Origin: Octopus vulgaris
Lineage: Eukaryota
Length of the DNA stretch: 64,000 bases
Reading direction: 5' to 3'
NCBI GenBank assembly: GCA_951406725.2
Contig: OX597820.1
Coordinates: 56,792,001 to 56,856,000 of the forward strand
Shown: piece after piece, positions 1 to 13,878 of the stretch
Layout: each line of letters starts with the position of its first letter
Numbering within the stretch: position 1 is the stretch's first letter
Position numbers and translations under genes: made by a program
The notes under the pieces: model-generated
The model's database searches: none
The model's input: the letters and a program-made list of their open reading frames with translations, nothing else
What the model was told of the DNA's origin: nothing

Positions 1-245
1 CTTCTCACGTGGCTACAGCTATTGTTGACGAGCTAACGAGAGAGAGGATCCGACGTGGTCACTTCACTTGCTAGAAATAATAGCAAAATCTCTTTTAAAA
101 ATCATCCTACCGACTTAAGAAAATAAGTAGACAATAAATAATATTGCTCTAGATATATCATTTGGATACGACGGAGTGGTCATAGCTTATATGTCTGAAT
201 AAGTCTGCCTTGTACAAAGCAGCAGCAGCGACAACAACGACTACA
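1..245 (+). mobile_element. 3' part of a dispersed SINE-like repeat (family E) with CAA/CAG tail
   Basis: Motif 'cttgctagaaataatagcaaaatctc...cctaccgacttaa...cctagat...ggtca' recurs, diverged, at about 27660-28170 (-), 38230-38570 (+), 44990-45080 (-) and 54615-54800 (-). Confidence 0.5.
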
Positions 246-739
246 ATAATGGATGATTTTTCAATACTTCAAATAGTCACTTAACCGTTTCTTTCTTCAT
301 TATACTCATTTTATATATTTTTTTTTATTTTCTACTATTCGCCTTTCCAACTTACACCGCTTTTTCGAAGATTTTCCACTTTTCCTGACTGAAAAATCAT
401 AACGTCCAACGCTTGACTTCCAAATGACAGATATTAGACTATAAACGTAATTTATAATAATCAGAGTTGACAAGTGGGTTTGGCTTTCGTCTTTTTATTT
501 TTTCACTCCAAGAAAAAGGCTATAACGAAAACATATACTTATACAGAAAAAGTCACCTCGCTTAAGTGTGTCCCTTTGTTCTGAGAAGATCACTAAAAGA
601 AAGACTGCTGATACACATAGACAAATAAAAACATGATAACATATATGCAAACAAATCAATAAGCTTATACACAAACACGCAACACTAATACGCAAGCACA
701 CAAATAATCTCTCTCTCTTTCCCCTTCTCTGTCTGTCTT

Positions 740-825
<86 letters not shown>

Positions 826-870
826 AAGTGAGATAGGGAAAATGAGATAGATATATATAATAGCACATAT

Positions 871-1078
871 TCTTTTTATTCTTTTATTCTTTTACTTGTT
901 TCAGTCATTTGACTATGGCTATGCTGGAGCACCGCTTTTACTCGAGCAAATCGACCCCAGGACTTCTTGTAAGTCTAGTACTTATTCTATCGTCTCTTTT
1001 GCTGAATCACTAAGTTACGGGGACGTAAGCACACAAACATCGGTTGTCAAGCGATGGTGGGGTACAAGCACAGACACA

Positions 1079-1164
<86 letters not shown>

Positions 1165-1314
1165 CGACGTGCTTTTTTCAGTTTCCGACTACCAAATCCA
1201 TTCACAAGTCTTTGGTCGGCCCGAGCCTAGAGTAAAAGACACTTGCCGTGGGACTGAACCCGCAACTATGTGGTTGGTAAGCAAGTTACTTATCACACAC
1301 CCACTCCTGCGCCT
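871..1314 (-). mobile_element. tRNA-derived SINE, family A (internal CA/TA microsatellite), full length
   Basis: Minus-strand head aggcgcaggagtgg...gggttcagtccc (B-box-like); tail ctccagcatagcc...gactgaaacaagtaaaaga; acatat duplicated at 865-870 and 1315-1320; many copies in the window. Confidence 0.85.
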
Positions 1315-1704
1315 ACATATGTACACACACATAGAAAAAGCATAATGATATTGATAAGGAGAATAATGGTAATAATAATTACAACAAAAATCAGGAAAAA
1401 GAAAAGAACAAAATAGCACCACAGGCATGGTCCACCATCACAAGCCGAGGGATCACGGGTACACTGAGGAATAGTGAGACCAGTATCTGGAAAACATCAA
1501 GGATAGACAAGGTACCTCACCAATACCCATACCCCACATAGCAGCAACATTTAACTTGATGATGCGGAAGGACAAACCACTCTAATACCAAAAATAAAAA
1601 AGCAGACAAAAAAATAATACTATGCACTCACAAAATTATAGGGACCGTAAGTCTGTGAAGTGAAGTTTTTAACCACACAGCCGTGCCTGTGTCCCTCCCT
1701 CCCC

Positions 1705-1983
<279 letters not shown>

Positions 1984-2037
1984 CTGTTTCAACACACGAC
2001 TTCACATAAAAAATCTTGCACAACAAATATTTAAACG

Positions 2038-2120
<83 letters not shown>

Positions 2121-2149
2121 ATGTGTATATCCTTGAAAAACACAAAGAT

Positions 2150-2900
2150 TCTTACTTTTTAAAAATAAATGAACAGGGGTGTTTCAGAATGCGATCGTTG
2201 CATATCTGCAATGATTTATTGGTTAATCGTCATCGTCTGTGTTCTCTCTGTCGAAGATACCTCCACAGTTTCTGAAACATGTGTTCGTTAGGTAGTAAGT
2301 TTGATTAGTGTAAAGGAAGAGTTTTTCGTTTGACTCCCTTGTGCGCTTGGTCTTCGTACCCTCGTATACATTGTAAAACTGTGCTAAGACGACGAGAGGC
2401 CTATCCACATGCAGAGAGACGTTTGTACTGCAGTCTGGCGTGGTCCACCTTGACGTCTTCTCTCAGTGTGCATGAGGCAACGACATGGTCCAATAGTGGG
2501 ATTTTAATACTTTGGCCGAATTTGAAGTCAGAAAACACCCTGCAAGAAATCTTGTCTTGTGCACTAACAATCCCGTCAATCCACTATCCGAGACAGGGAA
2601 CTTTTTACATTATCATCGACCTCTGGAAATGTGGATGTTGACCATGGTGAGATTTGATCTCGGATCGTAGAGATATGGAGCAAATACTTAAAAAATTATT
2701 CTATGAGATACTCTTGAAACTGTCAAGTCGTTGCCTCATTGGCTGTAAGATTAGAAATGAAAAGAATCGATTCGCTTCGAAATCTTTATTGTCGTTTGAA
2801 TTGGCGCTGTATATACTTTTATATTCAGCTTCACACTTCTCAAGAGATAGAACACATACAAACGTTCAGGAAAATTCAATTATTTTCTGTCATAGACAAA
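2150..2900 (-). pseudogene. Highly degenerate Penelope-like element remnant (GIY-YIG C-terminal region)
   Basis: Minus-strand translation VSLHVDR...QFYNV...RESNEKLFL resembles the PLE C-terminus seen at 29985-30135. Confidence 0.3.
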
Positions 2901-3008
2901 CGTTCTTAGCTTGTGGTCTGACGATAAATCCTTTAACACTTCACAATATATATTCTTGTTCAAATCCATCCATACACACGCAGAGACACACATATACGTG
3001 TGTGAGTG

Positions 3009-3043
<35 letters not shown>

Positions 3044-3348
3044 GCGGGCAGGCATCGTTGTGCGGTAGAAAGCTTGCTTTCCAACCACATGGTTCCTGGT
3101 TCAGTCCCACTGTGTTCTACTATAACCTTGGGTCAACCAAAGCCTTGTGAATAGATTTGGTAGACAGAAACTGAAAAAAGACCGTCATGTATGCACACAC
3201 ATACACAACCATACACACACACATACACACACGCTCATATATGTACGTGTGTGTGTGCATACATATATATAGCCCCTATCACACACACATATATATGCAT
3301 ATATGTTTATCTATATATATCTATATCTATATCCATATCTCTCTCTCA

Positions 3349-3427
<79 letters not shown>

Positions 3428-3468
3428 TAAATACATATACATATATACACACTCACACGTACATATAT

Positions 3469-4340
3469 GAGGGCGTCAAACAAGAAGATAGCAACTCTCT
3501 AAAGCTCTACACCGCATGTATCGAAATGGTCATCAAAGACATTGATTGGAAAGATGGCGTCAACATCATCATCGGCGAGTTAATAACATATATCTGATTC
3601 GTAGACGACATCTTATTCATCGCAGAAACGTCAGTTTAGCTGCAGACCCTGGTTGTTAGAGCTGGACACCCAGAGCTCAGCAATAGTCCTCAAAATATAC
3701 CAAATAAAAACAAAATATGCGTGGCTAAAAAACATGGAAGAAAGCCGAATAATGTTCGGAAATTGAGGAAGTGAAGGTGTACGTCGACTTGGGACAGACA
3801 ATAGATATATACCAAACCTGAACTCTGATGTCTCGCGCAGAATAAGAGCAGGATGGAAGACGTTTGCCTCGATTAAAGATATGTTCAACGCAATGCTGAA
3901 TATGATTCTGTGTGCCAATATTTACGATAGTACCATTCTACCTGCATTCTTATACGCACATAAGACGTGGACTACTTCAAAGATAGATGAACAGTGACTG
4001 GCTACGACACGGAGGACCCGGGAAAGATTCGTGATCAGAATGTTATTGCGGAAATATATCCGAAACGTGGTCATTTGAAACCGGAGTGTAGTGAACGATG
4101 TGATGGAAATATATCATAGAACACAATTTCTGCTGGTCAGATGTGTCGCAAGTCTCACAGACCGTGGAATTTCAAGTGGTATCTAAGGAAAAGACCTCTC
4201 GAATAAACCTCCAAAATAATGCCAAGACAAGTAGAATAAATTCGATCCTAAATAGAAGTAAGAAATGGAACAATAAAGGAAGAATGCAAACGCATTGCGG
4301 CCAGTGATGAGTAGATCATTTGATAATCAGTTAGATTGAG
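3469..4340 (+). pseudogene. RTE-type non-LTR retrotransposon, 5'-truncated RT remnant
   Basis: EGVKQEDSNSLKLYTACIEM (from GVKQGDxxSPxLF) and I*FVDDILFIAET (from LRFADD), followed by a degraded RTE-type C-terminus; many stops and frameshifts. Confidence 0.75.
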
Positions 4341-4394
4341 AGAGATATTTAAGTGTGTGTGTACACACAGACACACACACACACTGACACACAG

Positions 4395-4479
<85 letters not shown>

Positions 4480-4541
4480 ATTCGATACCAATGATCAACT
4501 TCTAATTGTTAATTGTTGCTCCATTTTTTCTCTATCTATCT

Positions 4542-4665
4542 TTTCGGGGTCGATAAATTAAGTACCAGCTACGCACTGGGGTCGATGTAATCGACTTAAT
4601 TCCTTTGTCTGTCCTTGTTTGTCCCCTCTATGTTTAGCCCCTTGTGGGCAATAAAGAAATAAGAA
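4542..4665 (+). mobile_element. SINE family B, 3' fragment
   Basis: ttcggggtcgataaattaagtaccag...gtttagccccttgtgggcaataaagaaat matches the reverse complement of the 9037-9261 copy. Confidence 0.85.
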
Positions 4666-5034
4666 AGGAGAATTATTGCCATGCAACTGAACGGCCACTG
4701 TAACCAGTTACTTTCAGTGTTGGCCTTAGTCCTTGGTCATATATGATTGTGTAGACCGATGGTCAAGCTCGTTTCATCCACACCTGTGTGATTACTATGC
4801 CAGACAACGCATATATGCGCATATTTATAATTCACCGTTATTTTCTAAAACGATGCGTATGATTTGAGAGCGATTTGGCTGCTGTTTGTAGCAAGTCTAT
4901 CTACCACATAAACATTTTCACGTCGGCTCTATTGTAACCTGCAACCTGTAAAGAGCCAAACTCAAGATTAGTGTCATCAATTTTCCAAGCTGTCAATAAA
5001 GTTCTCAAGTGATTTTGAGTTCTTGGAACTGGAG

Positions 5035-5035
5035 A

Positions 5036-5074
<39 letters not shown>

Positions 5075-5108
5075 AATTATGATGATGATGATGATGATGA
5101 TGATAATT

Positions 5109-5156
<48 letters not shown>

Positions 5157-5645
5157 ATGACGATGACGATGATGATGATGATGATGATGATGTTGATGAT
5201 GATGCTGAGGAAGATGATGATGGGGATGATGATGGGGATGATGATGGGGATGATGATGACGACGACGATTATGATCACGATGATGGTCACGATGATGGTG
5301 ATAATGATGATGATGGTGGTGGTGGTGATAATGATGGTGATGATAATGGTGATGACGATGATGTTGATGATGATTGTGGTGATGATGATGATCACGATGA
5401 TGATGATCACGATGATGATAATAAGGAAGATGATGATGGGGAGGATAATGATGATGATGAAGCTGATGATGAAGCTGATGATGATGATTATGATGATGAT
5501 GATGATGATGATAGTGAGAAAGATGATGAAAATAAGGATAACGACAACGACGACGACGACGATTATTACGATGATGGTGATGATGACGAGGCGAATGACC
5601 ACAACTGTGGCGATGACGACAACAACGGCGACGATGAAAATGATT
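5035..5645. repeat. Degenerate (GAT)n trinucleotide array, about 610 bp
   Basis: In-phase GAT repeats with GAC, AAT, GGT and CAC variants; source of the poly-D, poly-M and poly-I ORFs. Confidence 0.95.
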
Positions 5646-5774
5646 ACATACGATGTCAGTTTGTTAATTAATATTAAACGGTGGAATCGTTGGTTAACTA
5701 AAATGATTTTCAAAATTCTGTGTCAATTGCTTAAGAGTATCAGATGAAGGATTCACAATTTACAGTTAAAGTAA

Positions 5775-5817
5775 CGACCCCACCCGACCCCACCCGACCC
5801 CACCCGACCCCATCCCC
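5775..5817. repeat. 10-bp tandem repeat (cgaccccacc) x about 4, G-rich on the minus strand
   Basis: Read directly from the sequence. Confidence 0.9.
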
Positions 5818-6169
5818 ACTAGTTGACGTTCACATCCTGACTCTTCAATAAGTTATGTCAGATTTGGTTGATTGAGATTCTCTGACAAGCAATACCCGTC
5901 AACAAGGTGGAGAATGTTGGAAGTTTTGAATTATGGGGTCGAGGGATGAAGCCATCACTTTCTTCAGGAATTAAACAGCGTAGGTGGTGTGGGTATCACG
6001 GTATGGTTGTTAAAGGATCTATTTCATAACTACTAGGGGTTTTGTGTACTGAATTCGATCCCAACCCCCTACGACAACCATGTGCACGTGGCTGTTTACT
6101 TCCGTCATAGTTTGACGTTGAACAAATATGATGTGTGTGAAATTTGGTAGGCAGAAAATGTGCCGAAGC

Positions 6170-6216
<47 letters not shown>

Positions 6217-6404
6217 TATCTATCTCTCACACACATGCATATATATACATACTAAATATGCATACATACATTTATACACACGTATACGCACACACATACA
6301 CACACACATATATATATATACACACATATATTTACATATGTATGTATATACATAAATATATATGCACACATGTACATATATATACATATATAAATATGTA
6401 TATA

Positions 6405-6486
<82 letters not shown>

Positions 6487-6551
6487 TATACACACTTCTA
6501 TATGTATACACACACACATACATACACATGCACACACACACACACACACAT

Positions 6552-6583
<32 letters not shown>

Positions 6584-6608
6584 GTATATACATACATACG
6601 GATATATA

Positions 6609-7889
6609 TTAAGTTGTCCGTAAAGTTCTGAGCGTTTTTCAATATGCAAAATGGCATATCAATAATTGACCTTCCAATAAATTTTAGTCAATGAAATAAT
6701 TTCCATTATTATTAATGACATTTGCCCATCTATCAGGAAATTTAAATATTGCATCAGCAGAAAATTTGACTGGCTTTGAAGGAAAAAGTCATTTAGATGC
6801 ATCTAAATCGTTAAATGTTTTTCCTTGCGATGAGTTCTGTAGACAAAAACTAGTGGTAGTCGGATGGCACAATATCAGGAGAATATGGTGGATGGGGTAA
6901 GAGATCCCAGCGAAGTTCATGTAATTTTGTCCGGGTAGCCAAAGACACATGTGGTCGGGCATTGTCTTGTTGGGACACTACTCCTTTCCTGTTAGTAATT
7001 TCCGGTCCTGATTCTTTGATTTTTGGGTTCGAATAAGCCAGTTGACGACAGTACACATCACAATTAATGGTCTGCTGTTGTGGGAGAAGCTCATAATAAA
7101 TAACGCCTTTATGATCCCACCAAACACAAAGCATAGTGTTTTGACATGAATATCCGTCTTTGGTTGTTGTTTTGGGGGATTCTTACTCAAACTCTATGAT
7201 CTTTTTTTGCACTAAATTTTCATACACAATCTAGCTTTCATACACAATCCATTTTTCATTATTTGGTTTCAAATAAGGCATGCTTTCATTCCATTTCAAA
7301 AGAATATCACAAACGAGTTAACGGTCCAAGCAATTATTTTCTGAGAGTTTGTGAGGGATTCATCCATTATAGCGAGAAATGTATCCTAGCTTCATTAGGT
7401 GTTCATGAGCTGTACTTTTAGAAACTTCCAACTCCTCTGCCAGTTCTCTAGTCTTGATTTTAAAGTTTTCTTTGAATTTTGCCTTCAAAACATCTTCATC
7501 CAATTTCGATGGTCTTCCACTGCGACTGTTATCTTCAAAGTTAAACTCTCCAGCTTTAAATTTTGCAAACTACCTTTGAACACTTGATTCGCCTTCAGCC
7601 TCATCACCATAAACTTCAGAAATGCTTTTGCAAATCATTGCAATATTTTCTCCTTTTTTAAGAAAGCAAAGCATTGCAACGCGTATATGAAAGCTTTTGT
7701 TATCCATTTCAAATATCAATAAAGGGTAACCAGAATGAAAGCTAAATCTATTTTCAGTCAGGAACAAAGAAGAAATGCACTACCACTTCAAGCAATGTCA
7801 AAGTTTTAACTGTGTTACGTTTCAGGTCTGTTCAACGAAGCATTAAAAGATTTAGCTTAAAAGCGATCAGAACTTTCCGGACAACTTAA
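6609..7889 (-). mobile_element. Full-length mariner transposon (DD34D), inactivated
   Basis: 26-bp TIRs ttaagttgtccg(t/g)aaagttctga(g/t)cg at 6609-6634 and 7864-7889; TA on both flanks; length 1281 bp. Confidence 0.95.
6684..7707 (-). pseudogene. Mariner transposase pseudogene
   Basis: MDNKSFHIR..., MLCVWWDHKGVIYYELL, QQDNARPH, HPPYSPDIVPSDYH and ...GNYFID* with frameshifts and stops. Confidence 0.92.
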
Positions 7890-8079
7890 TATATAGATAT
7901 AGTTATATATACAAATATATATTTATACATACATACATACATACATACATACATACATACATACATACATACATACATACATACATACATACATACATAC
8001 ATAATACATACATACATACATACATATTTACACACACTTATATATATGTACACATATACACATGTAAATATATGTTTAT

Positions 8080-8216
8080 TTTCTCTTTTTCCTTTCTGCT
8101 GAAGAACATAGGTTCGAAACGTAAAAGACTATTTCATTTCCTGAGCGTCAAACTAATACACTTGCTTTTGTTCATACACCTGTCTTCGTCTTTTGTTTTT
8201 ATATAAATTTCAACTA
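8080..8216 (+). mobile_element. PLE terminal-repeat fragment with a degenerate minimal hammerhead (8092-8127)
   Basis: cttt-CTGcTGA-a-GAAC-atag-GTTC-GAAA-C-GTA-aaag; inverted homolog of 21742-21890, which lies just downstream of a PLE GIY-YIG region. Confidence 0.7.
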
Positions 8217-9036
8217 TATATATATGTGTGTGTTTATATGTTGTGTGTGTGTACGCGCGCACGTATTTTTGAGAAGAACGGTAGTTATCGATACATTCAA
8301 GTAAGGCAGAAACCAATTTCAGTCGATTCAGCTTGGGACCAACTTCTGTTGATCTACACAAAGAAACACACACGCATACACACACCACTTATAGCTATTT
8401 ACTTAGATGTGTTTGTGTGTATTTGTGTGCGTGCACTTGTATTTACAAGTTGCTTTGATTTTATAACAGAGATGTTTCAAGAAGAAGTGACGTAAACGAA
8501 ATCGGCACAAAATCGGTCCGAGCTTGAAACAAAGGCATCTTAATATGTATGCTTGTTATCTCTTTATTTTTTATTACACAATAACTTCATTTTAAAATAA
8601 CAAAATACCGAAAGAAAGATAAACACTTTAGAATAGTAAGCAAGTAAATACAGCTTATAAATCATTTATAAGTTGCAAAATATTACTCGAAGTAACTAAT
8701 TAGCACTTCTGTTTAAAAAATGAATGATCACTTCACAAGTCATTGTATATGAACTATTATTATAGGTAACAGCTATTACTGCAAAACAAAGTATCTTTTG
8801 TTTTCATGACTTGTTCATAAAGAATGACGTGTAGACAAAACGAAAAGATCTTGATTTCGAATGCCTACCGTAGTTTTGCACTGATTGGTCGAAGTAGTTC
8901 CTGTAGCGCCGGAGCAACGATAAAAATACAACCGACTTGGGCGAATATGAAACTGGGAATATTCACACAGTGTAAAATCAGGGTAGCCTATACGCAAACG
9001 CGCATGCAAACATACACAGGCATCCACGCACACATC

Positions 9037-9261
9037 TATTTCTTTACTGCCCAGAAGGGGCTAAACATAGAGGGGATAAACAAGGACAGACGAAGGGATT
9101 GAGTCAATTATATCGCCCCCAGTGCGAAACTGGTACTTTATTTATCAACCTCGAAAGGATGAAAGGCAAAGTTGACCTCGGCGGAATTTGAACTCAGAAC
9201 GTAACGACAGACGAAATACCGCTAAGTATTTCGCCCGGCGCACTAACGTGTCTGCCAGCTC
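9037..9261 (-). mobile_element. SINE family B, near full length, with 17-bp TSD
   Basis: gcatccacgcacacatc at 9020-9036 and 9262-9278; minus-strand B-box gagttcaaattcc. Confidence 0.95.
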
Positions 9262-10432
9262 GCATCCACGCACACATCATCCCACAAATATCCGTGCTCG
9301 TCTACCGTTTGTACTAAACACTTCTTCATTGTGGTGAATGGCTCCATGTACAAATTCAAGACATCCCACCTCTTCTTAAGACACCTTAGACTGCCATCTC
9401 TGTGCATCGCATGCTTCCTTTAAGTTCTTCATATTTAAGACCTTCCTTCCATGAGTCTATTCCATATTGCCTTCTCTAGTCACAGCTAAGTTAACACTTT
9501 TTTTTGTTTTTAGTGAACTCAAGCTGTAAAAACAGGATGTGTTTGTGTCTGTGTTCGTACCCTACCACGCTGCATGACAATCCATGTTGGTTTGGTTACG
9601 TTCTCCTAACTTAGCAGTTCGGCGTAAAAGACCGATAGAATAAGTACTGGGGTTGATTCGTACGAGTATAATAATGGCTGCAGTCTAATGACTGAAACAA
9701 ACCAATCATTGAAAAAAAAAAAAGATACCGACCAATTTCACAGGAACGCAGTCAGTTCGTTCTTCCTATTAATTCTGAATACTTACGCTAATTCTTTTTT
9801 TTTTTTTTTTTTAGCTTTTGTTTCACTTCGCGTCAAGAATTTCATGCAGACATTAATTGTGAGCGAACTGGTCAAATAAATATTTGATAATATTCTTTAG
9901 TTCTGCTCTCAGTAGTTCTCTTGCCAGTTTAAATCAAACATTATTAGGCATAATAGAACAGTGAAATAATCGTTAGTTGTTAATTCCTTTCAAGGCTTTA
10001 CAGCTATTTTTGATGTCGGTGTCTCTCTTTCTGTTTTGTCACATTTTATCATAATTTGGTTGATCAGCTTGAGCAATTAAATAACCATTTCCTCTCTTAC
10101 TGTATTTCTATAATAAATAACGTGCTGTTAAACAAGAACAGAAGAGAACTAACAATCAAATGATAACACACATACTCACAAACACACACACACACATATT
10201 AATACTCGATTTTATGTCGAGTTTTAATAAACTATTTTTACATTAAACTGAAAGATTATGCAGTAGTTTTTATAGAGCGCGTGTTTACTATGCTTTTGCA
10301 AGTACAGTGGTGACAATGACTTCGTAGTTTCGACCTGCTGCCGTTATCGAACTATCTGATTAAGAGTAACCGCCCGAAACTTGGAAGCCACTGGACTCTA
10401 CTTTCTTTGAAAAAGTATATGAAATTAACATG

Positions 10433-10481
<49 letters not shown>

Positions 10482-10823
10482 CGTTGCTATTATGTTAAAC
10501 TGTCGTATGTCCAAATTTGGCCAAGTGGGTTTTTTTTAATGTTTATTTTTGTTTCCAGTAGCCGTTTTTTTTGGTCAAACTATCGTATTTCCAGATGCGA
10601 AGGTATTAAAAATTGTCAAAGTGTAGTACAGCGGTTTTGCTATGAAATGGTGAAACTATTCTTTCGTATTCTGAAAAAGCAACGTTTTGTACTCACGACA
10701 CTTTTGCATAATAGCAACGAATGCAGGCGTGGCCGTGTGGTAACTGTGCCAGTTCTTTACTCATCATCTATTTATACATCTTGTATAACTTTTCCATTAT
10801 ATGTCTTTCTTTCAGTTTGTTAC

Positions 10824-10854
<31 letters not shown>

Positions 10855-11213
10855 ACAACGACGCACAAACAAGGCGGTGCCCCAGCATGGCCGCAAACTA
10901 ATGACTGAAGCAAGTAAAAGATAAAAGAAAAAAGATACACATGGAGGCAAGCACAAAAAAAACATGCTGAGTACCTTCCATACTTTCTATTAAACAGGCG
11001 ATGCAGATTTCAGTTCATATTTCCAGAATCTTGATGCATTGAAATTGAAATTTAAAATACTTATAATTAGCTTTAATATTCCTATTTCAGCCTATTTATC
11101 TGCATGATTATGTCATTTGTATCATTATAGAATCAGTACGTTTTATAATAGCGCCATTTAAAAATGTGGAAAATATGTACATTGGCATATATTTGATTTA
11201 CATCTTGAATCTG

Positions 11214-11279
<66 letters not shown>

Positions 11280-12378
11280 GACGGACGTGATGTCAGTTCG
11301 GCTCCGAAGGTAATCGTTTATTTTGACTATCTATAGCCCATATTTTGTGTACATTTTTGTAAATAAGGTGTGTAAGGCACCCAACTTTCGTTTGAGTGCT
11401 TTTCCAAGGGAGGAATTCGCCCCTAGGGGCAGTTTTAACCCTATTTAATTTGTGTAATTTCCTTTTCGACATTTTGAAAATGTCGAGAAATTGTATTGTA
11501 GAACGATGGTCGCGTTCCTCTATTGACCATCATTTTCCTAGTCTGGAAACGCTATGAGAAAAAAAGAACTTATGCACGCAAAGTGCAAACATAAATGATT
11601 TTGGAATAAACGCTGCAACCACTTGTAGTAACATCCCTGTCACCACCACCACCTCTAACAAGAACAACAAAGAGACTACTACTGTTACCACCACCACCAA
11701 CACCACCACCATCAGCATCGACAACAGCAACAAATACAAAACAAAGGTCGCAACGCCAAGCACCGTCAACACCACCAGTGAGTCCACCACCAACACCGAC
11801 AACAACACCATGGCAGCATCTGCTACTAAAACTGCTATCCCTGCTAAAGACATCGCCACCAATAACAATACCAACATCACCATCACCGCCACCAAAGACC
11901 GTGCCGTCAATGCTACTAATATCACTAACACCACCGCCGTCACCAAGAACGACAATAACAACAACAACGACAACGACAACAACAATTCTATTCAACCACT
12001 GCTCACTCCATCACCAACAAGTGAAAAAATAACAACGACAACCAAACGAAATGCCGAAATTTGCGCTAATGCAGGACCAAATTACGCAGACAATTTTCCA
12101 CTCCTTACTAGTTGCATAATCAGCAACCACAAATCTACAACCCACACCCCTGCCATCAACACCAACACCACCGGCAGTAACAACAATAACAAAACAACAA
12201 CAAACTTCGCCGAGGCGATAAAAGAAAAAGTAACAAGAGTTTCGTTTACTGCACAACAAATAAAAGATTGCAGAAACCTTATCACCAATGAAAACGGCAA
12301 AATACTCTTACACATACCACAACACATACTGAATGAGGAAAAAAGAGAAAACCATTGTTTATAAAATAACAAATAAAA

Positions 12379-12554
12379 CAACTAAAAGTCCAGAAAAGGC
12401 AAGCACGGACAAAATAGAAAAGTGCCTACGCCCCATCTGGGGATACAAGGATTATGTGACTTGGGCGCCCAAGTCACATAATCCTTGTATCCCCAGATGG
12501 GGCGTAGGCACTTTTCTATTTTGTCCGTGCTTGCCTTTTCTGGACTTTTAGTTG
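12379..12554. repeat. Perfect 176-bp palindrome (88-bp arms, no spacer)
   Basis: Centre ttgggc|gcccaa at 12466/12467; the same peptide is read on both strands in the ORF track (12333+ and 12382-). Confidence 0.98.
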
Positions 12555-13205
12555 GTGGTTTTTCAGAATGAAGAGTTGGCGAAGAAATTCGCAACGATAA
12601 CCCTTCATTCTGATGAACTAACGATGACACCGAGTTACCTTGGCCAGAAGGTGACGAAGGTTATTATCAATAATGTCTCCCAAGTAACAACCACACTGTG
12701 GATAACATCCGCCATAACATCCGAAATGGAGGACTTAAACATCCTAGATATCGCTGTTTCGAAAAACAAGGACTGGCTGGGAAAGAGAATGGAGTTTCTC
12801 TTCCACATAAGTCAAGACGACATCAACAAAATTCCCACCCACGTACATCTTGCGGATGGCCGCAAGTTGTACGTAGTAGTCGAGGGCAGAAGGCCACGAT
12901 GCTATACATGTGGCAGTGAGGCACACCTCAAAAAGGAGTGCAAATCTGCCGCTAAATTACAACAACAACAACAGCCACAGGAAAAACCACAAAAGCCAGC
13001 ATTATTGCCCACACCACAATATGGACGGCTAATCAAGAAGCTGTATGCAGAAATGCATGAAAAACAACAAATAACAAGCCAACCCAACCAAACAACACCA
13101 ACACAAGCGCCAAGAACAGAATCATCACCACCAACAACAACTAAACCAATTCCAACACCGAGAATAACAACGAAGAAGACAAGCACCAAGGATGTAGGAT
13201 AGACA

Positions 13206-13382
13206 ATATATTTCTTTATTGCCCACAAGGGGCTAAACATAGAGGGGACAAACAAAGACAGACAAAGGGATTAAGTCAATTACATCGTCCCCAGTGCGTA
13301 ACTGGTACTTTATTTATCGACCCCGAAAGGATGAAAGGCAAAGTCGACCTCGGCGGAATTTGAACTCAGAACGTAACAGCAG
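13206..13382 (-). mobile_element. 5'-truncated SINE family B inserted in LINE ORF1
   Basis: Matches the 9037-9261 copy. Confidence 0.9.
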
Positions 13383-13878
13383 GCGAACGATGAAAGTTCG
13401 ACAGAATGGCAAATAGCCACAGGGGGTAAAAGAAAAAGATAAAAAAAAACAAACAAGAAATCGCAACCAAAGCAGGGAGATACCTGAACCCTGAAAACTC
13501 CATACACAACCAAACAAGCACCAACACCACAAAAACACACACAGTGCTATCAGCGATAGATACCAAAGACTCCAAACTAATGGAGTACATCACAGGCTAC
13601 ACAAACATTTGTGAAGATGACTTTAAAAATAGCAATCATCCACGCACTACACCACCCAAACACATCAAAATACTACACATCACACAAACTCAACACCACA
13701 AACTCAAAGCCCTCTTCCCAAATGTTGTAGGGGGTTTCCAAAAATATCTCTCCCAGAAACTTTATAAAAACCTCCTCCAAGACACATCAAAGAACGAGGA
13801 AGCCAAAACTTTCGACACAAGTAAGTAACTCTCTGTACTTTCCTTTTTGTGTTTTAAAGCACACTCCCCAATAGAATC

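Larger units (their letters stand above)
11480..13828 (+). pseudogene. LINE ORF1 (Thr/Asn-rich N-terminus, gag-like zinc knuckle), disrupted
   Basis: ATG at 11480 (MSRNCIVERW) is in frame with the 11810 ORF across a TGA at 11555; frameshift near 12345; CYTCGSEAHLKKEC knuckle; interrupted by a palindrome and a SINE. Confidence 0.8.

Noticed and set aside
5009-5747. 220-aa Asp-rich ORF resembling acidic biomineralisation proteins, plus poly-Met and poly-Ile ORFs
   Set aside because: Degenerate (GAT)n microsatellite; several frames are open by composition alone; no signal peptide or ATG start for the Asp-rich frame.
12333-12630. Identical peptide encoded on both strands
   Set aside because: A direct consequence of the perfect palindrome, not a pair of genes.
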